DNA from: Cycas panzhihuaensis
Lineage: Eukaryota; Plantae; Cycadophyta
NCBI GenBank assembly: GCA_023213395.1
Contig: CM041465.1
Location: 162,199,741-162,263,740, forward strand
Reading direction: 5' to 3'
DNA length: 64,000 nucleotides
Shown here: one piece after another, positions 1 to 14,134 of the stretch
Layout: each line of letters starts with the position of its first letter
How positions within the stretch are numbered: the first letter of the stretch is position 1
Program-made: the position numbers and the translations under genes
Notes under the pieces: model-generated
What the model was told of the DNA's origin: nothing
Databases searched by the model: none
What the model saw: only the letters and a program-made list of their open reading frames with translations

Positions 1-1722
1 GGTGGACAAGTACAAGGATAGACTTGTTGTGCATGGATTTAAACAAAAAGAAGGGATTGATTATAAGGAGACATTTATGCCAGTCTCTAAGATGATGATG
101 GTTTATTTGATCTTTTCAGTGGTAGCTAAATATGGTTGGGAGCTATACCAATTGGATGTCAAATCAACATTCCTTAATAGAGAGTTGAAAGAGGAGATAT
201 ACATTGTGCAACCTCTTGGTTTTATTAAGGAAGGACAAGAGCATCTTATGTGCCAATTAAAAAAGTCAATCTATGGCCTAAAACAAGCACCACGTGCTTG
301 GTATGAAAAGATCAATACTAACTTGAAAGAAGAAGGATTTGTTGTTTTAAATATGGACCCAAATTTGTATATTAAAAGGAAAGGAACTTCAATAACAGCT
401 ATTGTGTTGTACGTTGATGATTTGATCATCACTGGTGACTGTTATATGACTATTGGGCAAGTGAAATCCAATTTAAGAGCAACCTTTGACATGACAGATC
501 TTGGGGCTCTGCATTACTTATTGGATATTGAGGTAAGGTATGGAAGACAGAATTCTAGTGTTACAAACAAAATATGCAAAGAGCCTGCTTGAGAAATTCA
601 AGATGGAGGACTACAAGCCTATTAGGACACCATGCACCAAAGGCACAAAGCTCTTGATGGATATGAAATAGCCTGTTGTAGACGAAATGTTGTATAAACA
701 ACTGGTAGGACGTCTAATCTATTTGACTCATACCAGGCCATATATTGTGTATGCTATCAGATTAGTCACCCGTTATATGCAGAATCCACAAGAGTTGCAT
801 TGGGTTACAACAAAGTGGATTCTAAGATAATTGAAAGGGACTCTTAATCTTAGTTTGGAGTACCTTCGTGATGGAGATATAAAGTTGCTTGGCTACACTG
901 ATGCATATTGGGGAGGAGACTCTGATGATTGGAAACCCACTGCTAGATACGTGTTTGGTATTAGTAATGGATTTGTATCGTGGTAGTCAAAGAAGCAACA
1001 AACAATGACACTATCTTCTATAGAGGTAGAGTATTAGGGACTCACTATTGGTGCGAGAGAAGTTGTATGGTTGCAAGGGCTTTTGGATATCCTCAGTATA
1101 TCTTGTAGTGCCCTAGTTATTTTAGTCGATAATTAGAGCACTATTCATCTATCAAAGAATCCACAGTTTCATACATATATGAAGTATATTGAAATTCAAC
1201 ATCACTACATTTGTGAATAGATCAAAGTAGGGAAGTTGCAGATCAACTTTTGTCTGAGTGAGAAGCAACTTGTGGACATGTTTACTAAAGCACTTATTGA
1301 AAATCAATTCACTAAGATTCGTACTAGATTGGGACTCAAAGAAGTTATCCTTGATGGGGGATGTATCGACAAGTATAATTTCAAACTGTGGATTGAATAT
1401 CCACATTTATATTAATGTGGGATGTTAGCATGGCAGTTAAGACTAAGCCACTTGTTTAATGTTAAATGTGGTTTAGTTAATGTTAAGTGAAAAAGTGTGA
1501 ATATTTTGAAGGGTCACAACCATTCAGGTTGGAAGTACTGTTTGGTTGGACGTATTGTTTGGGGGACCATACATAACGCCAAAGTCCATTATAAGTTCAT
1601 CCAAGAATCATCAATGTGATCTTAGGATCTTTTCTGGTGGGTTTTTCTCCGAAGGGTTTCCCACGTAAATTATTGTGTACTGTGTACCTGTGCTCTTTAT
1701 TATTGCTTGTTGTGTATGATCA
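1..1722 (+). mobile_element. 3' part of decayed Ty1/Copia retrotransposon (RT, RNase H, PPT, probable 3' LTR 1362-1722)
   Basis: ORF 2-592 has Copia RT motifs (QLDVKSTFL, YGLKQAPRAWY, LYVDDLII). RNase H-like sequence with stops follows, then purine tract gatggggga (1353-1361) and a TG...CA segment. The LTR end is not confirmed by a partner LTR. Confidence 0.88.
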
Positions 1723-1739
1723 AGATCTTGTAGTTCAGA

Positions 1740-2335
1740 ATACATGCATGTTTTCATATTTTTTTGCATTTTGAATAAATCAAAATATCTTCTATGAACG
1801 TTTATAACAAATTTGTCCAAGTACTTTCTCAACACACTATTCATCAAGCACATGAATGTTGTAGGTGCATTAGTTAGTTCGAATGGCATTATTAGAAATT
1901 CGAATGCCCATACCTAGTCCTAATGGCCATCTTAAAAACATCCTTCTCCTTGATTCTAATTTGGTAGTATCTGATCTCAGGCTATCTTAGTGAATAGTTT
2001 AGCTCCCTTCATTTGATCAAACAAATCTTCAATTCGAGACAAGAGGTATTTGTTCTTGATTGTAGTTTTGTTTAGTTTTTGGTAATATATACATAATCTT
2101 AGAGTCCCATCCTTCTTTTTCACAAATAGGATTGGTACTTCCCATGGCAAAACAACAGGCCTAATAAGATGTTTGTTGAGTAGGTCCTGCAACTGCATTT
2201 TTAACTCATCCAATTCTAGTGTAGCCAAGCGATATGGTGCCTTACAATGTAGTTATGCTCCTGGCACAAGTTCAATTGTATAATCCACCTCTCGTTTGGG
2301 TGGAAACCTTGGTAGCTCTCTGGGAAATAATTGAC
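1740..2335 (-). mobile_element. Ty3/Gypsy (Tekay-like) RT fragment
   Basis: [52 protein letters not shown]; frameshifted. Confidence 0.88.
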
Positions 2336-2454
2336 AAGGAAGCAACTTGAATGGATTAGAGGTTGTGTTGGCTGTTGCACAAGAAAACTTTGAGTTCGAA
2401 TGGAGTTTGGCTTGTTTAATTGAAGTTCTACCTTAGTAGGATAGTCATAAATTA

Positions 2455-2590
2455 AAAGGGGAGGCAAATGTTAGTATGAAAAGCTTTGAGTTTGACCTAA
2501 GTGGAATATACAAAAACTAGAAGGTGAGGAGGATGTTAACATAAAAAGATTTGAGTTTAACCTAACTGGGATGCTAAAGAGTAAGGAAAG
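2455..2590. repeat. Two diverged ~65-bp tandem copies
   Basis: atgttagtatgaaaagctttgagtttgacctaagtgg vs atgttaacataaaaagatttgagtttaacctaactgg. Confidence 0.6.
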
Positions 2591-3437
2591 AAAGAGATGA
2601 TTGTGCCTAATTATGTGAAATATTATAATGTGAGTTAAATAACTATGCACGTATAAGATGTATTGTCAAAGTTGTTATGTGAACAAGCGAGTCTTGTGTC
2701 ATTGAAATTGTTATGAATGGGTCAAGTGAAGTGTTATGTAAACTATAACTCATTAGTAAATTGTTATGTGAAAAATAGTGCATCCTAAAGTGTTAAATTC
2801 TTAAGTAGTTAGTTTAGTCAAATAGATATTGTAATACATTTAATCGCACCTATTGTAAATCTAGGGATTGTAGTCATCATTTAGAAATATTAATTATGTT
2901 GTGGATCATGGCTATGTGCCTTGATTATGGGACCTATATCCTTGTTGATGATTATGTAATAAAGATGATGTGCATTCTCCTATCCTTGATGCAATCTTGT
3001 GACAATGTTCTTATTGTAATCATGATGTAAATACTTAATGTGCAATCACCATTAACTTTGCTCCTCATTGTCATTGTTTTTCTAGACTTGTCCCTTGGAA
3101 TTTGTAGTCAATACATCTCCTATTACTTTTTCTAACTATATCCTTTGGACAAATGTTGCAAAGTTTTGAAAAATACTCAGATATTTTTAATTATCTTTGT
3201 TTATAATGGTTTTTTTGCCACCATTTTGATTACATGTCTGTGTACATTGGACTACAAGTTCATCTTTTTTAAAAGGGTTTGATAGCAGGGTATGTAATGA
3301 CACAAAATGGCTTTGATAGTTTGGTTATCAAACTTGATTATCTCACCATCATTTTTGTTGGCTACTTTATTTTTTGTTGTAACTAAACAAAGGTTTAATA
3401 CAAATCTGACATAAGCTTTTGGTTGTGTTTGTCATAG

Positions 3438-3642
3438 AAATTTTATATCATAGGAAGGGACAAAAGCAGGACACACTGGAGAGTGTTGAAGATAGATAGG
3501 TTGGATCCTTCAGAACTAATTATTCGTGAAGATCCTACCACCTATACGCAAAATGAGTGTCATGATCTACTACAAAGGATAGATGAAGGCAATAGGCCTA
3601 CAGGTGGCCTTAGATTTGTCACCAATTTTTATGGAATTGTTG
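3438..3642 (+). CDS. Internal coding exon of a FIG4-type SAC-domain phosphoinositide phosphatase (plant SAC1-5 group)
   Basis: Open frame KFYIIGRDKSRTHWRVLKIDRLDPSELIIREDPTTYTQNECHDLLQRIDEGNRPTGGLRFVTNFYGIV(G) matches the plant SAC2-4 N-terminus. Acceptor ttgtcatag ends at 3437 and donor gtatgt starts at 3643. No stops or frameshifts. Confidence 0.9.
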
Positions 3643-4038
3643 GTATGTACCCACTTTATATTTCCCAATAACCATTGTGTGCTTGCATGAAAACAATGAA
3701 TTTCTTTTTAGCAATTGGTATTGTTTTCAAACCTTACATTTATCATAAATTGTTATAAAATTGTTGCTTTACACTTGGTTTGTACTTATCAGTGACCGTT
3801 GCATGTTTGTATGAAAACAACAAATTCCTTTTTAGCAATTAATATTGTTGCAAGTCTAATTGTGAAATGGCATGCATCACATCTACCTTAAAATTAAAGA
3901 AAGAAAGAAAGAAGTTTGTTTATGTTGTTTGCCATGGCTTTTCATCCTTTTCGTCTTATGTTCTTTTAGAATAAAAGTTGATGCAAGGAAAATTGTGGTG
4001 CTATGGTTCTACTATATATAGATAGATAGTTAAATAAT

Positions 4039-4256
4039 CATTCACCTAAATTGCAAGGTTCGAAAAAGGTGTTATTAGTACTCTGAACATTGTGGAAAGC
4101 ACAATATGATCATACAAATCAACTTTGCCTCACAAAAAGTTATAAACATTCACTTAAGTTGGGAAGCTCAAAAAAGGTGTTATTAGTGTTGCAAACATTG
4201 AAAAAAGCATGGTACAACCATGCAGATCAACCTTGCCTCATAAAAAATTGTACTAA
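4039..4256. repeat. Two diverged ~108-bp tandem copies
   Basis: cattcac.taa...aaaaaggtgttattagt...atcaac.ttgcctca.aaaaa occurs twice. Confidence 0.75.
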
Positions 4257-7218
4257 TCTATTCTTGGCCAACTGTTGGATCTATCATAGATCAGGGTTAG
4301 ATAGTCTAAAAGTGAATCCTCCACTTTGTTTTTTCAGTATTTAGTTGTTAGATATACTTATAAATCGGGATCGATATTGTCTTTCAAGTAGAACTTAAGT
4401 GGTGTAGCTTGAAAATATCCAAGTTCAAATTTAGTTATAAAACTTGACCTTAAAAATGGTTGCCTCAATGCTTAATGCAAACATAGAAAAACTTGTTGAC
4501 GATGAAAACTTTACAACATGGAAGAAGCAAGTGAAGAACCTCATGTTAATGTTAAAAAAAGACTAAATTGGAAAGAGAATGATCTTCCTTGATTGATGGG
4601 AGAGAGTTTCTCTATCATATATATACAACTAATTTACAAAAGAGGCCGGATACATATATTCCGATTATCATTTTTAAATAGAAGAGGGACAATGAAACAT
4701 AACCCTCAATTTAGATAAGGGACCCCTAAGTAAAAGACATAGGATAAAACATTAATATTCTAACACCCTCCTTTAATGTTTTATCCTTTGTTTTTCATTC
4801 CTAGTAGATTTTTGAGATGTTGAAAGTTGTTTTTTGATAAAGGCTTTGTGAAGACGTTAGCAACCTATTATTCACTATTGTAGCATTGCAAATCTATTCA
4901 TTTATTCTAAACCTTTTCTTTGATAAAATGATGATGGACTTTTATGTGTTTATTCCTTGCATGAACGATGGGATTTTTAGTAAGTTTGGTAACACTTTAA
5001 TTATCACAAAAGATCATGGTTGTTTTAAGACAACTCTGATTTAAATTTTTGAGAAGTTGTCTTAATTGTACTACTTCACAGGTTACACTAACCGTAGTTT
5101 TGTACTCTGCTTCTGTTGATGATAAGGCTACTGTTGGTTGTTTTCTACTACTCGAGGATGTTATAGCTGATCCAAGATTAAAATAATATACTAATGAAGA
5201 CTTTCTTTCTTACCATTCTCCTGCCCAGTCAGAGTCAGTATATCCAATTAAACCTAGTTTGTCTATTTTAATATATTGTAGCCCAAGATCCGATGTGTCT
5301 TTGATCTACCTTAGGATTCATTTGGCAGCATTCTAGTGAGTAACTTTGGGATTATGCATAAACTTGGAAATAATTCCTACAGAAAAAGATATATTTGGCT
5401 TGGTTGCTATCAAGTAAATGAGGCTTCCAACTAGTTGTCTAAAGAGCATCTCACTTACTTGATGACTATCTTCATCAGTTGTCAGAACACATCTAGTTTC
5501 CATGGGTGTGACATAAGGATTACACTCTTCTATATTGAATCTTTTGAGAAGATTCTTGGAATACTTTGACTATGAGATAAAGATACCATTTGTTGCCTGA
5601 TTAACTTATATACCAAGATAGTAATGAAGTGCACCCATATCAGTCACTTCAAAATTATCTTCTTTCTGTCTTCATACCCATTTGATGGTTTCATGATCAT
5701 TACTTATAATAATCATATCATCTACATATACAACAATTATAGTAATTAAGTCTTTTTGTTTCTTAACATAAAGACTTGGATTAGTTTCACATCTATTGAA
5801 TTCTTTATTTCGGAGATGATGATCTAACTTTGCATACTAGGCTTGGGGTGCTTGTTTCAAGCCATAAAAAGTTTTTTTAAACTTGCAAACCAGATGTTCC
5901 TCTCCCCCTTTTTTGTATCCAAGTGGTTGCTCCATGTAGACTTTTTCATCTAGATTTCCATTTAGAAAGGCACTTTTTACATCAAATTGTACAATTTCTC
6001 ATCTATATTACATTACCAGAGCTATAACTATGCGGATGACTATCAATTTTGCTATTGGAGCAAAAGTTTCTTCATAATCAATACCTGTAGTCTGAATATA
6101 TCCTTTTGCAACTAGTCTGGCTTTATACTTTTCAATGCTACCGTTAGATTTCTCCTTTATCTTGTAAGTCCATTTGCAACCTACAATAGGTTTACCTTTG
6201 GGTGGAGGAACTAACTCCTAGGTATTGTTTTGTGTTATGGAGAGCATTTCTTTATTTATGGCTTCTAGCCACTTTGTTTTTTGGAAGGCTTATTCAAAAT
6301 TTTGAGGTTCAACAGAACAAGTTAATGCTTGCTGCCTTTGAGATTTAGTTCTTTATTCAAAAACATCTCCTTTTGATTCTTCTAAAATTTTTAAATACCA
6401 CCTGGGTAGCCTTCTCTTAGAAGTACTTTGCTACCTTTTTGTTTCAACTGTCCTTTCTGTTTTTTCATGAGATGTTGTCTCTTCCTAATCATGAGATGCA
6501 AACTCTTCCTCAGTTGTATCCTCTTTGTTCAAAGACTCCATATTTTCTTCCATTACTATGCTTTTTTGGGTGTAGGCAAAATCCTTATTGATTGAAGTGC
6601 CTTCATTAAAAGTGACATCTCTACTCACATAGATTTTGTTAGTTTTTATATATATGTAGCGATAAGCTTTTGATTTATCACTATATCTAATCATGATACA
6701 TTCAATACTTTTGTCATCTAATTTAGTCCTATTTTTATTTAGAATGTGCACATAAGCAGTGCTTTCAAAAATTCTTAGATGACTTACATCAGGCTTCTTG
6801 ACTATCCATATTTCTTCTGGAGTAGTTTTATCAAAAGCTCTTGTGGGACTTCTATTTATAAAATAAACAATCGTGTTGACTACCTCAACCTAGTATGCAT
6901 TTGAAATAATTTTTCATTTTATAATACATCATGTTATTTTTGTTACAGTTCTTTTTAATCTTTCAACTACTCCATTAGACTATGAAGTATACATAGTGGT
7001 GATCTATCTACGAATACCATGGACTTTATAAAACTTAAAAAATTCATTTGAAACATATTCTCTTCCTCTAACTATCCTAAGGATTTTGATTTGGTGCCCA
7101 CTTTCTAATTCAACTTGAGCTTTAAACTCTTTAAAGCAATCAAAGGCTTCTAATTTACTAAAGATAAAGAACACCTAGGCTTTTCTATTGAATTCATCTA
7201 TAAATGTAAGAAAGTACC

Positions 7219-9320
7219 ATGCTTAATATTTCATCCTTCATCTTCTGTTCTTTTAGGACCTCTTTCTACCTCCTTGTCCTTGAAAGGACTCATATTACTT
7301 ACATGACTACTTTTGAACAAAATTACTTTTGTAACATACTTTCAGGGTTTAAACATGACTTCCCCTAGGTTCAACAAATCGATAGAAAGAAAGAGGACTT
7401 GCTTGCAAAATATGAACCTTCACAATTTTCTCATAGGACTCAAAGTAGTGTTTCAAATTTGAACTAAAATATCTCTATTAAGATGGCATCAAATTACCCC
7501 AATTCATAGTTCACGATGAAGTACTTTGAATCAGGATTCCAATGGTTCAAACAACACTGCAATCTGATACTTGTAGCAGGAGTTATGGATGAAAATGTCT
7601 AGATACCCCTTTTGAAAAAATATATATATATATATATATAAATATATATATATATAATAAAAAAAATTTAAGTCCTTTGGCCATTGGTCACCTTGTAGAT
7701 TTCCATGTGATCGTGGATTTAACCATTATAGGCTAGTGGATTTCAAATCAAGTTTCAATTCGGTTAAATCACATAATAGCTTAGAAAAGGTAATAACCCT
7801 AACTCATAAGAATATCACCTGCACGATTGCGTGATTCCATGTTGGTCCATGACAGTCGAGGGCAATCTATTATATAAAAAATGGTTACCATCAATCAAAA
7901 GGCTACCAAGAATATCTTTGAATGCTTTGAGGATCATCTACATGGTGCAAGTGGCCATTCAATCGAGCTCTTCTTTCGTTGTTGTATCTTTGCGTGCGCT
8001 CCATGGCTAGGCATTTCTTTGTAGTCGCTCTTTCTTCATTCCACGATTGGAGTCTCTCTCTTGCGATGATAAAATTCCTCCGACAAACTTGATTCTTAAT
8101 GATGGGGGGGTTTGTTGTTTACTTGATGAGTGCAGATTCTTCATAACCTTCAAGTAGAGGCGACTGTAAAATGGCTGATGTTCATGTTTTAGGATTTTCG
8201 TTTGCTCTCGGTCAAACTGTCGCACACAATTAATGGGCGAACTGATGGTGTAAAATCGCATTGAAGATCAATTTTTATACAACAAATCAATCAAATTTTT
8301 ACTCAGGGATGAAGTCTAAGGCAAACAGGGGCGTTCTAATGATGGATTCTTGCCATAGTGGCAGAACCAAGAAAATGCACTAGGCAAATCAACGAAGTTG
8401 ACAACCTTCTAATGAAGGTAATTCAAGGGCAACTTGCAAAACTATAAGCAAGCTTCGATGATGATAAGTGTAGGATATCACAAATTGATACGAATAGACA
8501 ATGTTTTCCATCTCTATGGTGCTAGTATATCCTGCTTCCTCATTACAAGCACACTAATATTCTCCCTTCAATATTGACAACATAGAGGGTTCCACATGAC
8601 CAAATCGCCTTGATGATCTTTGCTGGCAGGACTGACCTTTACCTCTATTCCATGGTGAACATGATGGTGATTATGCTATTCCTAGGATGCCTCAACTCTT
8701 AGACCAACGAACAACACTAACATGGACAACAAAATGCAAACTCTATGAGCCTAGCCACCAATTTGTTGTAGACAAGAGACCCTGGGGGATGATACAACTC
8801 AACAAAATGACTAAAGCCCTCGTCTATGAATGACTCACCACGACAGGTAATGCATGTAAAACAAAACAAGACAAAACCCATAGTAGGGCTTTTGCCACAT
8901 ATAAACAAGTTCAATGGAGCCACTACTATTCACATCTCATAAACAACATAATGGAGTCATAGACCAACACTAGTAGTTTTCAAAAAACCTCATCAATGGC
9001 AAACCTACAATAGATCAAACTCTCCCAACAAACCAACCTGCTCTGATACCATGTTGGTTTTTGCATATTCTAATATGATATTAAACAAAATGTTAAATAA
9101 ACACTAAAGCACACAATAGAAAAATACCTAGATCATAAATGGTATCAAACAATACCTCCATTGTATTGATAGAACAAAATAATGATACAAAATGATCTCA
9201 CATGATGTGAGGTAATTGTCTAAATGCTACCATGATGATGTCTTTATATACTACAAATTTATATTTGTGAGGCACCCATCACTTTGTGGTTGACTTGGTC
9301 AAATGTGCATTATTCCAACA
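7219..9320 (-). mobile_element. Truncated LTR element 'D' nested in C: 5' LTR 9052-9320, iMet PBS, interior without recognisable gag/pol
   Basis: tgttgg...ccaaca termini; gctctgatacca at 9040-9051; interrupts the second zinc knuckle of C; no 3' LTR. Confidence 0.78.
7621..7657. repeat. Interrupted (TA)n microsatellite
   Basis: tatatata...aatatata run. Confidence 0.9.
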
Positions 9321-12300
9321 CAAATCTCCCAAAACAATGACAAGGACGAGTTTCTACGTATCTACAATCAACAATGAAGTGTCCCGGTTTGCCATAGTGA
9401 TAACATATCGAGTTATCTTTTGATATTTCCCTAGCAGGTCCTAATCTTCCTTTGGTGAATCTTCCTTTGCTTGCTCTTGCATTTGTTGATCTTCCTCTTA
9501 TGGTTCTTCTTCGTTCTCCAATCTAGAGTCTGGAGAGAAACGCTTCTTCAACTCTTGTTTCTCTGTCATACCTTCATATCCTATGCTCTTAATGAAGAAG
9601 ATATCTGCATAAAGTATCGAATGGCATGTTGTGAGCTTGTCCTCCCACAGTAAGTGTGTTCACCAGATTGTCAAATGATTTTGGCAGTTTATTTAGTACC
9701 AGGTGAACATTTTCTGTATCTGATATGGACTCGCCTATAGAAGTGAGACTATCTTTGATTTCTACTAATTCAGTAATAAAATCATAAACTTGTTCGCCCT
9801 CCCTTAAATGGAGCCGGTATAGTTGTTTCCTAAGAGTGACAATACAAGCTTTATTTTTTTGACTATATAAAGATTCAAGAATTTTCCATGCCTTAATTGA
9901 GAAGGAGGCTTCACTTATATGAGTTAAAATGGAGTCACTTATGGACAAAGTGATGATTGCCAACGCATGTCTATCCCTTTCCTCCCAACTAGCAAGCTTT
10001 ACAATATCTTAAGGTAATTGGCTTTTTTTCTCTCTATGACTATGTCCCAAGCATTTTTGGCAACTAAGAGACCTTTCATTTTAGTTTTTCAAGCTACATA
10101 ATTTTGTCTAATCAACATGTTTGACTCTCCTAATGAGTAAATTGAGGTCATTCTATAATAGACAACAAAGAGAACTGCGGAAAAGTCTTTTTTTCCTTAT
10201 TGTAATAGGCCAAGTCTATACGATCGTACGGTTGTACCAAAAAAGGTATAGGTGTATGGAATTTGAAAGAAACCCCGCAAACTTTAGATTTCTTCATTGC
10301 CTACTAGAATTTGAAGTCAGATTTTGAATTGGACTTTTTATTTGGGAGAAAATCAACCCAAAAACAGAAAGAGCGAGTAGGGTTTAAATTGCATTTTTGT
10401 TCATAACTTAAAAAATTCTCCAGAAATCTTTGCAAACTTATATTTGATAGAAAGCTTATGTTCTAAGGAAGATTTAAAGACCACTTGTAGCAACTAAAAC
10501 CAAGAAAATAGAGAAAAAACAATAATAGAAGCTTCAAACTCATGTCCTTGCTTTTTTGAGATTTCCCGCTTTCTAAGACAAAATTTGCAATCAAGCCTTT
10601 GAAATAGTAGACTCTAGTCCTCAAAATGTCTCATCTGGTGAAATTTTGTGACAATTTGAGCACCTTGATTTTTTGACCATGTAGGACTACATGGATTCGT
10701 ACAACACTTTCGTACAAGATGTATAAAGCCTTCAAGAGTTGTTTTCCTTTAAAAAAATCCTTTGTCTCTTTGCCCTGGTTTCTCCTTCTCCAAAAGACTG
10801 ATATTTAATGTCCCTACCAAACCTACCAAACATGCTCTAATACCATGTTAAAAAAAGATAGAATTAGAAAGAGAATGATTTTCTTTGATTGATGGGAGAG
10901 TTTCTCTCTCATATATATACAACTGATTTACAAAAGAGGCCTAGTACATGTATGCCAAGTGTCATTTTTAAATAGAAAAGGAACAATGACACATAACCTT
11001 CACTTTACATAAGAGACCTCTAAGTACAAGACATAGGATAAAACATTAACATTTTAACAGATAATGAATGAATTGTGGGGTTACCCACAAGGCACCATTC
11101 TCAAGCCTGGACCTACACCAAATCCTACAAACCCAACTAATCCCATTCCAATAGAGCTAGTTGCACTTACAACATTTAATGCTAAAGATGAAATTGCATT
11201 AGCATTCTTACATTTAATTTTTAGTGATAATATTGATCAAAATACTTAGTCTGCTAATTCTTCCAAAGAAGCATGGGATATTATTACTTCTTTATATAAA
11301 AGAAAGGATGATGTAAGAATTGTAATGTTCAAAACAAAATTGTTCAATAAACCATTTGCAAGACCCATGGCTACACATTTGACTACAATCAAAGCAATTA
11401 TAAATTAGTTGTCCACACTTTGTAAACCAATATTTGATGGAGATTTGGTAACTGCCACAATCAATAGTCTTCCTAAAGACTATAATGGATTCATTTCCAT
11501 TCTCTCTATCAACAACAAATTGTCCACCATATCTTTCAATGAGTTGGAGGGACTTTTATTAGAAGAGGAACAAATCTATCTTCATCATGGCGAAGCAAGA
11601 CCATTAGGGGCATTTACAGTAAAGCACAAAAGCAAACAAGTCAATCGAAACATTCACGAACAATTTGAGAACATGAATCTTAATAATAAAAATGGTGATA
11701 AAAATAAGAAAGTCACTTGTGATTATTGTGGTAAGCCAGGCCACATTCAAAATGAATGCAAGGAAAAGCAATATGACTTGTGGTAATAGAGCCAATAACC
11801 ACCTCAAGGACCAAATTGAGGAGGCTTTCGAGGAGGTAGTGGAGGACATTGTGGAAATTATCGTGGTGTCTTTCGTAATCATGGTGGTCAACATGGCAAC
11901 AATTTGGCACATAGTGAACATCTATTTTGTGCAACTTTACAAGGTAGTCACAATGACAACTGATGGCTTGTTGATCTGGGAGCATCCTAACACATGACAG
12001 AAAATCCAACTTTACTCATTGATGTGGAACAAGTCAAAGGAAAAATTGTCACTTTTGTTGACAATGTTACTTTTGAAGTAAAGGGGATTGGCAAAGCCCC
12101 TATCACTTTGGCAAATCAAGACCCACATAGATCCTTTCATATTAATAATGCACTCCTTGTACCTAGGATGTCAAGGAACCTGCTTTTTGTTAGCCAAATT
12201 GAAAACTAGGAGATGGATGTTCTATTTCACAATAGACAATGTTTTATAAAGGATCATCAAAGTCAAGTGATATTCATTGGTCATGAGGAAAATGGACTAT

Positions 12301-13735
12301 ACAAGCTAGATACAACACTTGAATTTTCACATGCCTTAGTCTCACAAACAATGTCCAAAGATCAATTATGGCATGCAAGATTGGGTCATTTAAATATGAA
12401 CAGTATTAAGTTAATGTTTCAACTTAATGCGGTATATGGTTTACCAAAAATTTTAGTAGACAAATGCTTTTGCAAAGCTTTTGTGATGATAAAATAACAT
12501 TGTGAAACATTTGACAAAGACAAACATTGGAGAGTGAAACATCAATTACTACTTGGTCATTTAGATATTTATGGTCCTATGCCCATACATGCATTTAGTG
12601 GAGCACTTTATGACTATTAGAAATAATGTTTAATGTGTGTGGGTCCTAGAATAATAAGTGATAGTCCTAAGTCTTAAGGTCAAAAGATCATTATAATACC
12701 ATGTAAAAGGATATAAGTTTATTGGTCAAGTTAGTGGTGTAATGCTATTGGTCAAGACAAAGGTATTTATCCCACATGCATTACTTGAGTTGAATAGTCT
12801 CCCACCTCTTTGGTATATAAAGGTGGTTGAGGTAGTATGTAAACATCATCACATCATCAAGGCTCATATTGAGTCTTCGGTGCTTTTGGTATGGTAATAC
12901 ATTCTGATTATATTGTGTTAATCTCTGTTGATGTTCTTGATCTTTCTGTTGATGAGTGTTCTCCATGTTAAAATCTTAACATGGTATCAGAGCAGGTTGC
13001 TAGTCAAACTTGTTATTGTGCAAGTTCGTTCCTTGGTTGTTGATATGTGGCTCCATAAGAATTGAAGTGCAAGATTGAGGATTTACTTTTGGAAGGTGAA
13101 GTCCTACGGTCATCATTGCGCCAAAACAGAATTTCCTTCGGGTAATATTGTTCCTTTCCTTGTTCCATAAAAAGGGAAATATCTATTAGGGTCTGAACTT
13201 GTTAAGATTTGGGTGGTGGAAACTTAAGTAAATTGCCAAGTTTTGGTTCTGCATGCATAAAGAAGTTAGCCACTGGTAAATTTGAAGCCATTCATATTCC
13301 TTGTATAATTAAGCAAAAAGGACCTCTATGTTGGAGACTATGTAAACCCTAAGTTAAAATGAGTAGAGCATGAATCACTCGTGGCTAGTCTTTGAAATAA
13401 ACACTACAGAGATATTATATTTGGGCTACTCCATAGCTGAAATCTGTAGCAGAAAAGGCAGATCCATCTGTACAAACCGTGAGTGGCTACCATAAAAAGA
13501 AATCTGCAGCTCTCCACATCCTCAAAGGATTCCTCTGCATAGAAATTGAATTCCACAACTATAATAAATTCTGAGAAGAAGAAAACCCTATTCTCTGTGT
13601 CCATTCAAATCCATATCAGGAGCTGCACATCCTGCTTGAAAAGAAGACTATACAAGAGGAATGCATGAACCCTGTGATTGACCTCAATCAAGCTCCGTCC
13701 TGGTGGTTTTTTTTCAACCCTCTATCATTCATCAT

Positions 13736-14134
13736 TGCTCTCACAAATTCGCTGCTAAACCCATTGAACAGCCCATCTAAATGGCCCATAAGCAGGAAAT
13801 CAGTGAACTCTCCAAAACAATGAGCCTTTGAAATATCGCCAAGGAAAAGGACGACAAGATCTGATGATGATGATCCATCATTCAACCACCAGCTTATTGC
13901 TCCCATCAGTATAGCAACGGCGTCTCCTGGACGAATGCTCGCCACCTGTTCAGTCTCCATTTTAGGAATGACCATCCCCACAATTCCAAATCCTTCCAGT
14001 ACATAGCAGAGCTTTGAAGAGTCTGAGTAGTGTGACAAAGCGAGGCCATGGTGGCTGAGAATAAGCTTGGTTGCACCCACCTTTGCCTCTGATAGCATGC
14101 TTACATCGGAGCTTTCCCAAACGTGATATGATCC
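13736..14134 (-). pseudogene. Captured fragment of an 11S-globulin-like bicupin (RmlC-like cupin), N-terminal cupin domain
   Basis: GSYHVW..SMLSEAKVGATKLIL..GLALSHYSDSSKLCYVLEG.GIVGMVIP..GDAVAI.MGAISWWLN..LVVLFLGD.SKAH..GEFTDFLL.G..GLFNGFSSEFVRA; contiguous, no intron. Confidence 0.88.

Larger units (their letters stand above)
4550..11059 (-). mobile_element. Copia element 'C' with LTRs 4550-4765 and 10846-11059, TSD gttaa/gataa, internal deletion
   Basis: LTRs about 86% identical. PBS reverse complement gctctaatacca at 10834-10845; PPT reverse complement at 4766. Decayed pol 4790-7218 and gag 9321-10140; the protease region is missing. Confidence 0.92.

Noticed and set aside
2455-2480. PPT plus LTR start at 2469
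   Set aside because: The purine tract is part of a ~65-bp tandem unit, and no matching LTR end or partner was found.
12615-12616. Non-canonical TA start of the B 5' LTR as a family trait
   Set aside because: The 3' LTR starts with TG, so a single G>A change after insertion explains it.
12781-12966. Duplicated 61-aa ORF (also 17096-17281) as a gene pair
   Set aside because: These are chance antisense frames inside the two LTRs of B.
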